A DNA stretch of 64,000 nucleotides from Chloroflexota bacterium (lineage in GTDB: Bacteria; Chloroflexota; Limnocylindria; QHBO01): contig JBBDXT010000007.1 of NCBI GenBank assembly GCA_040902225.1, forward strand, positions 449,112-513,111. Reading direction: 5' to 3'. Of this stretch, positions 19,471 through 29,639 are shown in pieces. Each line of letters begins with the position of its first letter. Within the stretch, counting starts at the first letter, position 1. The notes beneath the pieces are model-generated. The model ran no database searches, was not told where the DNA came from, and was given only the letters and a program-made list of their open reading frames with translations. The position numbers were made by a program, and so were the translations under genes.

Positions 19471-20931
19471 ATGACCCTGACCGCCGAGCGCTACCAGATG
19501 TTCATCGCCGGGGAGTCGCGCGACGCCGAGACCGGTGAGACGACCGATGTCATCAACCCCGCCACCGAAGAGGTGATCGCCCAGGTCCCGAAGGGGACGA
19601 CGGGCGACGTCGACCGAGCGGTCGCGGCCGCCCGAGCCGCATTCGAGGAGTGGCAGTTCACCACCCCCGCCGAGCGCAGCACCATGCTCCACAAGTTCGC
19701 CGACGCGGTCGAGGCGCACGCCGACGAGCTGGCGCGCATCGAATCCGCCAACGTGGGCAAGCCCATGTCAGTCGCTGCCTTCGACCTCGAGTTTGGGATC
19801 GACAACATGCGCTTCTTCGCCGGCGCGGCGCGCGTGGTCGAGGGCAAGGCGGCGGGCGAGTACGTGCGCACCCACACCTCCATGATCCGGCGCGAGCCGG
19901 TGGGGGTGGTCGGGCAGGTGGCGCCCTGGAACTACCCGATCCTGATGGCCATCTGGAAGCTTGGCCCCGCGCTGGCGGCCGGAAACGCGGTCATCCTCAA
20001 GCCCAGCAGCTGGACGCCGCTGACCGCCATCAAGCTGGCCGAGCTGGCATCCGAGATCTTCCCCACCGGCGTCTTCCAGGTCGTGACAGGTCCCGGTGCG
20101 GTGGCCGGCGCCCACCTCGTCAGCCACCCCGGCGTCGACATGGTGTCGCTCACCGGCGACACGGCGACGGGGCGTGAGATCGCGGCGGCGGCGGCACAGA
20201 CCGTCAAGCGGGTACACCTCGAGCTGGGCGGCAAGGCCCCGGTGCTCGTCTTCGACGATGCCGACATGGCGGCCGTGGCGGAGACCATGAAGCTGGCAGG
20301 CTTCTTCAACTCCGGGCAGGACTGCACCGCGGCGACCCGCGTCATCGTCAGCCAGTCCGCGTACGACGACCTGCTCTCCGAGCTGGTTCCGGCAGTGAAC
20401 GCGATCAAGGTGGGCGATCCGGCATCGGTGGCCGACTACACCACCGAGGACGTCGACATGGGCCCGATGGTGCACCGCTCCCAGCAGCAGCGGGTGGCCG
20501 GTTTCGTCGATCGGGCTCGCGGGTACGGCGCGGAGATCCTGGCCGGCGGCTCGACCATCGGCGCCAAGGGCTTCTTCTACCAGCCGTCGCTGGTCGGAGG
20601 GGTGGCGCAGGACTCCGAGATCGTCCAGAAGGAGGTCTTCGGCCCGGTCCTCACCATCCAGCACTTCGCCGATGACGAGGAGGGGATCCGCTGGGCCAAC
20701 GACGTGCCGTTCGGGCTGGCGTCATCGGTCTGGACCAAGGACATCAAGCGTGGACTGAACGCGGCCCGACGCCTGCGCTTCGGGACGGTCTGGATCAACG
20801 ACCACCTGACGATCGCCTCGGAGATGCCGCACGGCGGATTCAAGCAGTCCGGCTACGGCAAGGACATGAGCAGCTACAGCATCGAGGACTACACGGTCAT
20901 CAAGCACGTGATGGCCAAGATCGCGGACTAG
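19471..20931 (+). CDS. NAD(P)-dependent aldehyde dehydrogenase
   Basis: ALDH motifs ELGGKAP and catalytic-Cys region FFNSGQDCTAA. An RBS gaggag sits 9 nt before the ATG at 19471. Confidence 0.85.
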   Translation: MTLTAERYQMFIAGESRDAETGETTDVINPATEEVIAQVPKGTTGDVDRAVAAARAAFEEWQFTTPAERSTMLHKFADAVEAHADELARIESANVGKPMSVAAFDLEFGIDNMRFFAGAARVVEGKAAGEYVRTHTSMIRREPVGVVGQVAPWNYPILMAIWKLGPALAAGNAVILKPSSWTPLTAIKLAELASEIFPTGVFQVVTGPGAVAGAHLVSHPGVDMVSLTGDTATGREIAAAAAQTVKRVHLELGGKAPVLVFDDADMAAVAETMKLAGFFNSGQDCTAATRVIVSQSAYDDLLSELVPAVNAIKVGDPASVADYTTEDVDMGPMVHRSQQQRVAGFVDRARGYGAEILAGGSTIGAKGFFYQPSLVGGVAQDSEIVQKEVFGPVLTIQHFADDEEGIRWANDVPFGLASSVWTKDIKRGLNAARRLRFGTVWINDHLTIASEMPHGGFKQSGYGKDMSSYSIEDYTVIKHVMAKIAD

Positions 20932-21001
20932 GGGCCGATGGAGTTGATAGGGCGCCAGTCACCCCCTGACCTTCAGGGCGCTCCTCCGCACTCAATCCCG
21001 T

Positions 21002-22117
21002 TCAGGAGTCGGGTGGCGTCTGGTCCGACGTCGCGGGCAATGTGAACTGGACGATCGTGCCGAGGCCGACGCCCGAGGTGGCCGTCATGGTGCCGCCGTG
21101 GGCCTCAACCAGGCTCTTGGCGATAGGCAGGCCGAGGCCTGTTCCCGGGGAGTCGGGGGATCGGTAGAAGCGGTCGAAGATCCGGTCGAGCTGGTCCTCG
21201 GGGATGCCGCTGCCGGCGTCGCGAATGGCGATTATCGGCGCGCCGTCCTCGAACTTGGCCGAGAGCTCGACGCGGCCACCCGTCGGCGTGTGGCGGAGGG
21301 CATTTGTCAGCAGGTTCGAGACGACCTCGCGGATGCGGGCTGGGTCGATGTCGACGGATGGCAGTTCGTCGGGGACGGTCACGGTCAGGCTGATGCCGGA
21401 CTGATCGGCCTGGCCTCGGTAGCTGGCCGCCACGTCGTTGAGCAGGGTTCCGAGGTCGGTCGGCGCTCGATGGAGCACGAGGCTGCCTGCCTCGACCAGG
21501 GTCAGGGTGCGGAGATCGTCGATCAGGCGCTCGAGGATCCGAGTCTCGGCGAGGATCACCTCGAGGTGGGCGGCATCGGCCGGGTAGACAGCGTCGAGGA
21601 GGGCCTCCAGGTTGCCCTGGATGACGGTGAGCGGGGTGCGTAGCTCGTGGGAGACATCTGCGAGGGCGGAGCGGCGCTGCTGCTCCGTCTCCTCGAGGCG
21701 GGCGCTCATGGCGTTGAAGGCGCGGGCCAGCGCACGGACCTCGCCCGGCCCGGTCTCCGGCACGCGCGTGCTGAAGTCACCCTCCTCGACGCGGCCGGAC
21801 GCCTCGATCAGGTCGCCGACGGGTGCCGCGGCCCGTCGTACGGCACGACCGATGATCGCGAGGACGATCAGGGCCAACAGGCCGATGAGGATGGTGGGCG
21901 CGGCTCCTGCAGCCGCCCCGATCGCGCCGCCGATCAGCCAGCCAAGGAATACCACCACCGAGACGAAGACCACGGCCATGAACACGAAGAAGCAGCCGAT
22001 GCGCCACATGAACCGCCCGCGCATGTGACGCCAGCCTTCCGGACCTGAAGGCGGCCAGGTCTCGCCCTCGGGCCACCATGGGGGACGTCGCCCGCGACGC
22101 CAACGGCCGTCACGCAT
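21002..22117 (-). CDS. sensor histidine kinase (TM-HAMP-HisKA-HATPase)
   Basis: H-box SHELRTPLT and N/G boxes (NLLTNALRHTP, GTGLGLPIAKSLV). The ATG overlaps the response regulator stop (ATGCGTGA). Confidence 0.8.
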   Translation of the reverse strand: MRDGRWRRGRRPPWWPEGETWPPSGPEGWRHMRGRFMWRIGCFFVFMAVVFVSVVVFLGWLIGGAIGAAAGAAPTILIGLLALIVLAIIGRAVRRAAAPVGDLIEASGRVEEGDFSTRVPETGPGEVRALARAFNAMSARLEETEQQRRSALADVSHELRTPLTVIQGNLEALLDAVYPADAAHLEVILAETRILERLIDDLRTLTLVEAGSLVLHRAPTDLGTLLNDVAASYRGQADQSGISLTVTVPDELPSVDIDPARIREVVSNLLTNALRHTPTGGRVELSAKFEDGAPIIAIRDAGSGIPEDQLDRIFDRFYRSPDSPGTGLGLPIAKSLVEAHGGTMTATSGVGLGTIVQFTLPATSDQTPPDS

Positions 22118-22832
22118 CGGTCAGCCGGTAGCCCACGCCGTAGACGGTGAGCAGGTAGCGGGGCGATCGAGGGTCCGGCTCGATCTTGCGGCGGATGTTC
22201 TTGACGTGGGCGTCGATCGCACGCTCGTACGATTCGAAGGCCACGCCGTGGATCGCGTCGAGCAGCTGGGCGCGGGTGAAGACGCGGCCCGGCTGGCGGA
22301 CGAGCGCGGTGAGAAGCTGGAACTCGGTGGCCGTGAGCTCCACGAGTCGCCCGGAGACTTCGGTGCGGAGGCGGGGGATGTCCAGCGTCAGGTCGCCGGC
22401 GCGGAGGACTTCGGCCTCGGCGTCGCGTGTGTGGCGGCGGAGGACAGCGCGCACCCGTGCCTCCAGCTCGCGTGGGCTGAAGGGCTTGGTGACGTAGTCA
22501 TCGGCTCCCAGCTCAAGGCCGACGACCTTGTCGGTCTCGTCGTCGCGGGCGGTGAGCATGATGATCGGCACCCCCGAGTCGCGACGCAGACGGCGGGTGA
22601 CCTCGAGACCGTCAAGCCGGGGCAGGCCCAGGTCCAGCACGATCAGGTCGGGCCGTTCCTGGTGCGCTCGCATCAGCGCCTCGGTCCCGTCTCGAGCCGT
22701 GGAGACGGCGAAGCCCGCCCGCTCCAGGTAGTCGCGGACGAGCTGGACGATCTTCGGCTCATCATCGACGACGAGGATGCGTGCCACGCCTGGCATGGTA
22801 AGTCGGACGGGCGGCGCCGGCCGCCCGTCCAC
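22110..22832 (-). CDS. OmpR/PhoB-family response regulator
   Basis: Receiver domain (ILVVDDEP, LIVLDLGLP, TARD) plus a winged-helix C-terminus (YLLTVYGVGYRL). Confidence 0.85.
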   Translation of the reverse strand: MDGRPAPPVRLTMPGVARILVVDDEPKIVQLVRDYLERAGFAVSTARDGTEALMRAHQERPDLIVLDLGLPRLDGLEVTRRLRRDSGVPIIMLTARDDETDKVVGLELGADDYVTKPFSPRELEARVRAVLRRHTRDAEAEVLRAGDLTLDIPRLRTEVSGRLVELTATEFQLLTALVRQPGRVFTRAQLLDAIHGVAFESYERAIDAHVKNIRRKIEPDPRSPRYLLTVYGVGYRLTDA

Positions 22833-22850
22833 ATCGGTCCCTTGCCCAGA

Positions 22851-23246
22851 TCAGGTCTTGTCTGGGGCGGGGGAATCGGGAGCTTTGCCGTGTTGCTCCT
22901 CGTGCCAGGCCCCCATTCGGTCCTGCCACCCGCCGTAGCGACCCTTGCGGTAGTCGCCGTGGTGACCGCCCCATCGGCCCCGGCCGAAGATGGCGCGCAG
23001 CAGGCCGAAGAAGAAGAACAGGAACAGGAGCCCCAGCAGGAACCCGCCGAAGCCAAACCCGTGGCCCCACGGCTGCCCGGCGTACGGACCGTAGTAGTAG
23101 CCGGCCGGGATCGGTGCGCCGGAGGCGATCGCGTTCCCGACGTCGGCGGCGATCCCCGCCGACACGCCCGCGTTGTAGATGTTCACTCCGACCACCGCCA
23201 ACAGCCCCACCAGGATCAGTGCGGCAACGAATCTGAAGAAGACCAT
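22851..23246 (-). CDS. small Gly/aromatic-rich membrane protein
   Basis: The likely start is MVFFRFVAAL with RBS GAGGAGAG. One TM segment followed by GYYYGPYAGQPWGHGFGFGGFLLGLLFLFFFFGLL. It sits directly upstream of the two-component pair on the same strand. Confidence 0.35.
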   Translation of the reverse strand: MVFFRFVAALILVGLLAVVGVNIYNAGVSAGIAADVGNAIASGAPIPAGYYYGPYAGQPWGHGFGFGGFLLGLLFLFFFFGLLRAIFGRGRWGGHHGDYRKGRYGGWQDRMGAWHEEQHGKAPDSPAPDKT

Positions 23247-23572
23247 CTGAACTGACTCTCCTCGTCTTGTGGATCCTCGCTGGATCCGATGAGAGTCAGG
23301 CTGGCGGCGAGTTGTGCGCAGATTGTGAACGCGGCGTGGAGGATTCGCGCAGTCGGAGCTGGGGTCTTGCGGGCCGGCTATCCCTGGGTCGGCGCATGCA
23401 TGGAATGACTGGTACATCGGGCAAGGGGTCCAAGGGGCCGATTGCTCCAACCGTTGATGCACGGACTGACTTGAGGCGACGGAGGAACGCGACACCCAAT
23501 ACGCTCCTCCGACCTACCAGCTCCTGGGTGCATAACCTGGATCGACCTGGGCGGCGCCGGCGCCGTTGGCCG

Positions 23573-24010
23573 CTACTCCATCGGCTCGAGCACGAAGACG
23601 GGGATCTGCCGATCGGTCTTCATCTGGTAGTTCGCGTAGTCGCGCCATGTCTCGACGGCTCGCTCCCACCAGACCACCTTCTCGTCGCCCGTGGCCTCGT
23701 GCGCCAGGTAGTCGCGTTTGGTCGCGCCATCCTGGAGTTCAACGTGCGGGTTCTGGCTGAGGTTGTAGTACCAGGCCGGATTCCGCGTAGAACCACCGAG
23801 TGACGCCACCACCGCGTAGACGCCGTCGTGCTCGACGCGCATGAGTGCGGTCTTCCGCAGCTTGCCGCTCTTGGCGCCGACCGAGGTCAGGACGATGACC
23901 GGCCGGCCCCGGAGGTCTCCACCCATCTTGCCGTTCGTCGCCTCGTAGTGCTCAACGTTCCTGCGGGACCAGGAAGAGGTGCCTGGTTCGTACTCGCCGG
24001 TGAGTGGCAT
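23573..24010 (-). CDS. nitroreductase-family deazaflavin (F420)-dependent oxidoreductase-like protein
   Basis: About 145 aa with [44 protein letters not shown]...NPAWYYNL, typical of the DUF385/PPOX class F420-dependent nitroreductase family. The likely start is MPLTGEYEP. Confidence 0.55.
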   Translation of the reverse strand: MPLTGEYEPGTSSWSRRNVEHYEATNGKMGGDLRGRPVIVLTSVGAKSGKLRKTALMRVEHDGVYAVVASLGGSTRNPAWYYNLSQNPHVELQDGATKRDYLAHEATGDEKVVWWERAVETWRDYANYQMKTDRQIPVFVLEPME

Positions 24011-24065
24011 GTCCCGATCCTTCTGCGTGCCGACATCGGAGCCGCGACCGCTATCATCGGGCCCG

Positions 24066-24575
24066 ATGGCTGAGCAGACAACGAAGCCCACGCCGGTCCC
24101 CCGCAAGCGGCCTCGTCGCGCGGCTGCGTCGGCCGAACCGCCAGCCGTCCCAGATGCGCCGGCGCTGGCGCGCGGTCGCACCCCGCCGATCGATCCCAGG
24201 GAGCAGCACGAGCTGCTGCATCGGGGAGTGGCGCTCTTCAACGGGTTCCGCTACTGGCACGCGCACGAGGCCTGGGAGACGCTCTGGCGCGCAGCCGACG
24301 ACGAGGAGCGCGACTTCTACCAGGGCCTGATCATGCTTGCCGCCGGGCTGCTTCACCTGCAGCGACGCAACGGGCGCGGGGCGCGGAACAAGCTGTCCGA
24401 GGGGCTGGCGAAGCTGCGCAGGTACGAGCCGACGCATCAGGGGATGTTCCTTACTGAGCTCGTGGCCAGATGCAGCCTGATCCTCGACGACCTCAACAAG
24501 GGTCTCCTGCCATACCTGATCCCGCCGGTTATCCGGTTCGTCGCGATAGAGCGGGCACAGGACTTCAACCGATGA
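24066..24575 (+). CDS. DUF309-domain protein
   Basis: [18 protein letters not shown] matches the conserved HEAWE core of DUF309. Its stop overlaps the fumC ATG. Confidence 0.45.
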   Translation: MAEQTTKPTPVPRKRPRRAAASAEPPAVPDAPALARGRTPPIDPREQHELLHRGVALFNGFRYWHAHEAWETLWRAADDEERDFYQGLIMLAAGLLHLQRRNGRGARNKLSEGLAKLRRYEPTHQGMFLTELVARCSLILDDLNKGLLPYLIPPVIRFVAIERAQDFNR

Positions 24576-25963
24576 CCCACGACCGGGTCGAGCACGACTC
24601 GATGGGCGACGTCCACGTCCCCGCCGGCGCCCGATGGGGAGCCACCACGCAGCGGGCGGTCGAGAACTTCCCGATCAGCGGCCAGCGCATCGACCCCGAG
24701 CTGATCCACGCGCTGGGCCTGATCAAGGCCGCGGCCGCCGGCGCCAACGCTGCGCTGGGCGTGCTCGACTCCGAGACGGCGGAGGCCATCCGCGCGGCGG
24801 CTCTCGAGGTTGCGGACGGGGGATGGGACGACCACTTCCCGATTGATGTGTACCAGACCGGCTCCGGCACCTCGTCGAACATGAACGCCAACGAGGTGAT
24901 CGCCAACCTCGCCGCCGAGCGTCTGGGGCGGCCGGTGCATCCCAACGACCAGGTCAACGCCAGCCAGTCGAGCAACGACGTCATCCCATCCGCCATCCAC
25001 CTCGCTGTAACCGACGGAGTGGTCACCTCCCTGATCCCTGCGCTCACCCACCTCGCGCCGGCACTTGAAGGCAAGGCGCGCGAGTTTGCCGACGTCGTGA
25101 AGTCGGGGCGCACGCACCTCATGGACGCGACCCCGGTGACCCTGGGCCAGGAGTTCGGCGGGTATGCGGCGCAGGTCCGCTACGGCATCGAGCGGCTGGA
25201 GTCGACGCTCCCCCGCGTGGCAGAGCTGGCGCTGGGAGGAACCGCAGTCGGGACCGGAATCAACGCGCCCGCTGGTTTCGCAGGGGCCGTCATCAAGGAG
25301 CTGGCCGAGTCGACCGGTCTCCCCCTCACCGAGGCCCGCAACCACTTCGAGGCCCAGGGTGCTCGCGACGGGCTGGTGGAGCTGAGCGGCCAGCTGCGGA
25401 CCATCGCCATCGGCCTGTACAAGATCGCGACGGACATCCGCTGGATGGGCTCCGGGCCGCGCGCCGGACTGGCGGAGATTCACCTTCCCGACCTTCAGCC
25501 GGGCTCCTCGATCATGCCCGGCAAGGTGAACCCGGTGATCCCCGAGGCGCTCTCCATGGTCTGCGCCCAGGTGATCGGCAACGACGCGGCGATCGCGTTC
25601 GGCGGGGCGGCCGGCAACTTCGAGCTGAACATCATGCTGCCGATGCTGGCGCGCAACCTGCTCGAGTCGATCCGGCTGCTGGCATCTGCATCGGTCCTGT
25701 TCGCAGACCGATGCGTCAGCGGCATCGCCGCTGACGAGGCGCGCGCCCGAGAGTTCGCCGAGGGGTCGCCGTCGGTCGCGACCGCCCTCAACCCGCTCCT
25801 CGGCTACGAGGAGGCGGCGAGCATCGCCAAGCAGGCCCTCGCCGAGCGGAAGACGATCCGCCAGGTCGTGATCGAGCGCGGCCACGTCGATTCAGGGAAG
25901 GTCACCCTCGAGGAGCTGGACCGCCTCCTCGACGTGATGGGTATGACGTACCCGAATCCCTGA
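24572..25963 (+). CDS. fumC: class II fumarate hydratase
   Basis: Fumarate lyase signature [27 protein letters not shown]-terminus, and [14 protein letters not shown]. Confidence 0.9.
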   Translation: MTHDRVEHDSMGDVHVPAGARWGATTQRAVENFPISGQRIDPELIHALGLIKAAAAGANAALGVLDSETAEAIRAAALEVADGGWDDHFPIDVYQTGSGTSSNMNANEVIANLAAERLGRPVHPNDQVNASQSSNDVIPSAIHLAVTDGVVTSLIPALTHLAPALEGKAREFADVVKSGRTHLMDATPVTLGQEFGGYAAQVRYGIERLESTLPRVAELALGGTAVGTGINAPAGFAGAVIKELAESTGLPLTEARNHFEAQGARDGLVELSGQLRTIAIGLYKIATDIRWMGSGPRAGLAEIHLPDLQPGSSIMPGKVNPVIPEALSMVCAQVIGNDAAIAFGGAAGNFELNIMLPMLARNLLESIRLLASASVLFADRCVSGIAADEARAREFAEGSPSVATALNPLLGYEEAASIAKQALAERKTIRQVVIERGHVDSGKVTLEELDRLLDVMGMTYPNP

Positions 25964-26101
25964 AACCGCTCGCACCCGCGCGCGTCGGCGGTCCTATCAG
26001 CGCCATTCCAGCCCCGGCACCATAAGTAGGGGCGGCACCTAGCCCGTTGGGGTCGGTGCCGGCACCCCGCTTACCGGTCATGCTGGACCGGGAGACTCAA
26101 T

Positions 26102-27118
26102 TTGACCGGAATAACCAAGATCCTCGTCGCTGACGACGATGCCCCGAGCCGCATGGTGCTGCGCACGATGCTGGAGCGCGCCAAATACCTTGTCGTCGAC
26201 GCCGCCGATGGGCCCGCCGCCCTTGCCCAGGTCGCGCGTCACGGACCGGATCTGGTTCTCCTTGACGTGCAGATGCCGGGCTTGGATGGCTTCGAGGTGA
26301 CGCGTCGCCTCAGGTCGCAGAGCCGCACGGCACTGCTTCCCGTCATCCTTGTCACCGGTCTTGCGGCCCTCGACGACAAGGTGCGTGGCCTCGACGCCGG
26401 TGCCACCGACTTCGTCACCAAACCGTTCCAGCAGGGAGAGCTGCTCGCCCGAGTGCGCGCCAGCCTGCGCACCCAGGCCGCGCTCAGCCGCCTTGAGAGC
26501 GTGCAGGACGTTCTGGTCGCGCTCGCGAATGCGGTCGAGGCCAAGGACCCGACCACCGAGCACCACTGCAGCCGCTTGGCCCAGATGGCGCTGGCCATGG
26601 CCCGCGCCATCAGCCTTCCGGAGGAGGAGGCCGAGGCGATCAGCTACGGCGCGGCGCTGCATGACGTCGGCAAGATCGGCATCGCCGAGCACATCCTGCG
26701 CAAGCCCGCTCCGCTGAGCGAGGACGAATGGGCGGAGATGCGTCGCCATCCGGGCATCGGCGCCGCCATCGTCGAGCCCCTTCAGCTCGGACGCCTGGTG
26801 GCACCCATCATTCGCTACCACCACGAGCATTGGGATGGCAACGGCTATCCCGACGGGCTGCGCGGATTGGCCATTCCGGTCGGTGCGCGCATCGTCGGCG
26901 TGGTCGATGCCTTCGACGCCATGACCCACGACCGCCCCTACCGCTCCGCCATGCGCATAGAGCAGGCCGTCGCGGAGCTGACCACTCAGACCGGTCGCCA
27001 GTTCGACGGCGATCTGGTCACGGTATTCATCGAGCAGTGCCTGACGACGCCGGTCAGCGAGCCCACGGATACGCTTGCCGCCTATACGCAGGGCCTCTAC
27101 CAGTTCGCGTCGGCGTGA
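26102..27118 (+). CDS. response regulator with HD-GYP c-di-GMP phosphodiesterase domain
   Basis: Receiver domain (ILVADDD, LVLLDVQMPGLDG, TKP) followed by an HD-GYP domain (LHDVGKIGI, HHEHWDGNGYPDGL). Confidence 0.85.
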   Translation: MTGITKILVADDDAPSRMVLRTMLERAKYLVVDAADGPAALAQVARHGPDLVLLDVQMPGLDGFEVTRRLRSQSRTALLPVILVTGLAALDDKVRGLDAGATDFVTKPFQQGELLARVRASLRTQAALSRLESVQDVLVALANAVEAKDPTTEHHCSRLAQMALAMARAISLPEEEAEAISYGAALHDVGKIGIAEHILRKPAPLSEDEWAEMRRHPGIGAAIVEPLQLGRLVAPIIRYHHEHWDGNGYPDGLRGLAIPVGARIVGVVDAFDAMTHDRPYRSAMRIEQAVAELTTQTGRQFDGDLVTVFIEQCLTTPVSEPTDTLAAYTQGLYQFASA

Positions 27119-27127
27119 CGCAGGCAC

Positions 27128-27571
27128 ATGCGGCCAATGCCTGACGGCCACCGCGCCGCACTGCCATTACTTACGCGCATGGAAACGGTGGCGAGCGGCA
27201 ACATCCGCCTGACCTGGGACGCTGCGGTCCGCCTCGCCACCATCCGCTTCGAAGGTGAGACCCACGCCACGGGCCGGGACGCAGCGGTAATGGTCGACGC
27301 GATGACCGGCTGGATCGGAACCGAGGGAGAACCGTTCGGGCTCCTGGGCGACGGAGGGAATCTCTCCGGCCTGGATGCCGAGTATCGGTCCGTGTGGGGC
27401 AGCTTCTTCCGGCAGCATCGCGGCGACTCCTCGACCGCCTTCTTCAACATGGGTCCCGTCGTTCGCCTCGCCGCCGAGATGTTCCGGATCGGAACCGGCC
27501 TGCAATTGAAGGCGTTCGCCAACGAGGAAGACGCCCGCGCCTGGCTCCGCCAGCGCGGCATCGGCGCATGA
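27128..27571 (+). CDS. hypothetical protein (between HD-GYP regulator and hybrid kinase)
   Basis: 147-aa ORF with no recognisable motif. Its stop overlaps the ATG of the next gene. Confidence 0.35.
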   Translation: MRPMPDGHRAALPLLTRMETVASGNIRLTWDAAVRLATIRFEGETHATGRDAAVMVDAMTGWIGTEGEPFGLLGDGGNLSGLDAEYRSVWGSFFRQHRGDSSTAFFNMGPVVRLAAEMFRIGTGLQLKAFANEEDARAWLRQRGIGA

Positions 27572-28923
27572 CCGAAGGGCCGACCTTCGACGACGTGTTC
27601 GCCGTCATGTCGGCAGCCTCCGTCGGAGATAGCATCGCCCGCGTGCGCCTCCCCCCGACACCAGAGCTGGACGACCCGGCGACGAGGCTTGGCGTCGCGC
27701 TGAACATCCTGCTCGACGACCTGGCGCTGCGCACCAGCGAGCTGCGCGAGACAGAGGAGCGTCTGCGCCAGGCACAAAAGATGGAGGCCATCGGCCGCCT
27801 CGCCGGCGGCGTGGCCCACGACTTCAACAATATCCTGACCGCCGTGGTCGGCTTCGGCTCGATCCTGGCGGAGTCGCTGCCGGATGGCGAGGACCGGAAG
27901 ATGGCGGGCCAGATCGTGGAGGCAGGCGAACGAGCGGCCGCGCTGACGCACCAGCTGCTCGCGCTTGGGCGGCGCCAGATCCTGGCGCCACGGGTCCTCG
28001 ATCCCGGCGATGTCATCGTGGGTCTCACGCCGCTCATCGGGCAGATCATCGGCGAGCACATCGACTTCATGACCGCGCTGGCCCCAGAGCCGCTGCGGGT
28101 GCGGGCAGATCCGAGCCAACTGGAGCAGGTGCTGGTCAACCTGGTCGCCAACGCCCGCGACGCCATGCCGTCGGGAGGCAAGCTCACCGTAGAGGTCGCC
28201 GAAGTCGAGCTCGACGCCCTGTACGCGGCCACCCATCCGGAGGTGGTGCCCGGCCCGTACGTGATGATCGCGGTCAGCGACACCGGCTCCGGCATGAGCG
28301 ACGAGGTCCGCGAGCACGTCTTCGAGCCGTTCTACACCACCAAAGAAGGGTCCGGCGGCACCGGCCTGGGACTGGCCACGGTGTACGGCGTCGTGAAGCA
28401 GAGCGGCGGCAGCATCGGGGTGTACTCCGAACCCGGCAGCGGGGCCGCCTTCAAGGTCTACCTGCCGCGCGTGTTCGAGACGCCCGAGACAGCGGCGCCG
28501 TCGAGCGTCGAGCCCGAGGTGCCCGCAGGTACCGAGACGATCCTGGTGGCGGAGGACGACGAGGCGGTTCGCACCATCGCGGTACTCGCCCTGTCGCGCG
28601 CCGGGTACCGCGTGCTGGCCGCCGACAGCGGCCCGATGGCGCTGCAGATTTCGGCCGACCATGCGGGCGCCATCGACCTGCTGGTGACCGACGTGGTCAT
28701 GCGCGAGATGAGCGGGCGACAGCTGGCGGAAGAGCTCGGGCGGCTGCGGCCCGAGATGCCCGTCCTGTACATGTCCGGCTACACCGAGAACACGATCGTG
28801 CACCACGGGGTGCTCGATCCCGAAGTCGAGTTCCTGGCGAAGCCCTTCACGCCTACCGCTCTCGTCAGCAAGGTGCGTGAGGTGCTGGGCACTCAGGGGA
28901 CGGGAGAGTTGGCTCGGCGATAG
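27568..28923 (+). CDS. hybrid sensor histidine kinase (HisKA-HATPase-REC), cytoplasmic
   Basis: H-box AHDFNNILTAV, HATPase motifs (GSGMSDEV, GTGLGLATVYG) and a C-terminal receiver (ILVAEDDEAVR, DLLVTDVVM). No TM segment. Confidence 0.8.
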   Translation: MTEGPTFDDVFAVMSAASVGDSIARVRLPPTPELDDPATRLGVALNILLDDLALRTSELRETEERLRQAQKMEAIGRLAGGVAHDFNNILTAVVGFGSILAESLPDGEDRKMAGQIVEAGERAAALTHQLLALGRRQILAPRVLDPGDVIVGLTPLIGQIIGEHIDFMTALAPEPLRVRADPSQLEQVLVNLVANARDAMPSGGKLTVEVAEVELDALYAATHPEVVPGPYVMIAVSDTGSGMSDEVREHVFEPFYTTKEGSGGTGLGLATVYGVVKQSGGSIGVYSEPGSGAAFKVYLPRVFETPETAAPSSVEPEVPAGTETILVAEDDEAVRTIAVLALSRAGYRVLAADSGPMALQISADHAGAIDLLVTDVVMREMSGRQLAEELGRLRPEMPVLYMSGYTENTIVHHGVLDPEVEFLAKPFTPTALVSKVREVLGTQGTGELARR

Positions 28924-28965
28924 GGCACCGCCAAGCGCAAGCGCGGGTCTGCGTGACCTCAGCTG

Positions 28966-29036
28966 GCGCGGCCGGCAACTTCGAGCCGAACATCATGCTG
29001 CCCATGCTGGCCCGCAAGCTGCTCGTGTCGATCCGG
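28966..29036 (+). pseudogene. about 70-bp fragment duplicating an internal segment of fumC
   Basis: Nucleotides gcggccggcaacttcgagccgaacatcatgctgcccatgctggcccgcaagctgctcgtgtcgatccgg are about 85% identical to fumC 25607..25677. They encode [23 protein letters not shown] versus the FumC sequence [23 protein letters not shown]. Confidence 0.5.
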
Positions 29037-29197
29037 CACCTTTGCCTCCGAGCCATCAGGCCGGGCCGGGCCGCAGTCGCGAGGGCGCCGGCGGCGGCAC
29101 AAGTACTCCCAAGGCGCGCGCCGAAAGTCCCATAGGAAGTCGATGTGCCGCGGCGCACCGTTGCCACCTGACAACACACCTGCTGGGAGGGTCGCTG

Positions 29198-29602
29198 ATG
29201 GCCCGTCGAAGACGCGTGCTGATTGCATTCATCGTCGGAATCATGGTTTTCGCGACCGTGTTCGCGGTGGCCGCCTCGCTCGGCGTCACCTCCTCGTCGC
29301 TTGGCGCAGGGACCGGGACGGCGGCCTCGTGCGACACCAACGGAGTCGCAACTTCGTTCGATACGACCTACGACGCGACTCCCGCCGGCTACGAGGTGAC
29401 GACCGTTCACGTGACCGGCATCGCGACGCCCGGCTGCGACGGGTTGACCATGAAAGTCACGCTCGTCGGCGCGGGCGACGCCTCCCTGGCCGAGCAGACT
29501 GTGACCCTGGCCACTCCGGCCGCGAGTCCGACGAACCTGACCTTCAGCGCCGACAATGTGCTCGCCGCGCTGGTTCTCAAGATCTCGGTCGTCATCTCGT
29601 GA
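29198..29602 (+). CDS. small secreted protein, SipW-cognate-like (paralog 1)
   Basis: RBS gggagg. N-terminal basic/hydrophobic signal (MARRRRVLIAFIVGIMVFATVFAVAASLGV), then a Thr/Ser/Gly-rich beta-type domain with two Cys. Paralogous to the next ORF. Confidence 0.5.
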   Translation: MARRRRVLIAFIVGIMVFATVFAVAASLGVTSSSLGAGTGTAASCDTNGVATSFDTTYDATPAGYEVTTVHVTGIATPGCDGLTMKVTLVGAGDASLAEQTVTLATPAASPTNLTFSADNVLAALVLKISVVIS

Positions 29603-29639
29603 CCTGAGGGAGGGCCCTCGCCCGGCCCTTCCATCTCAT

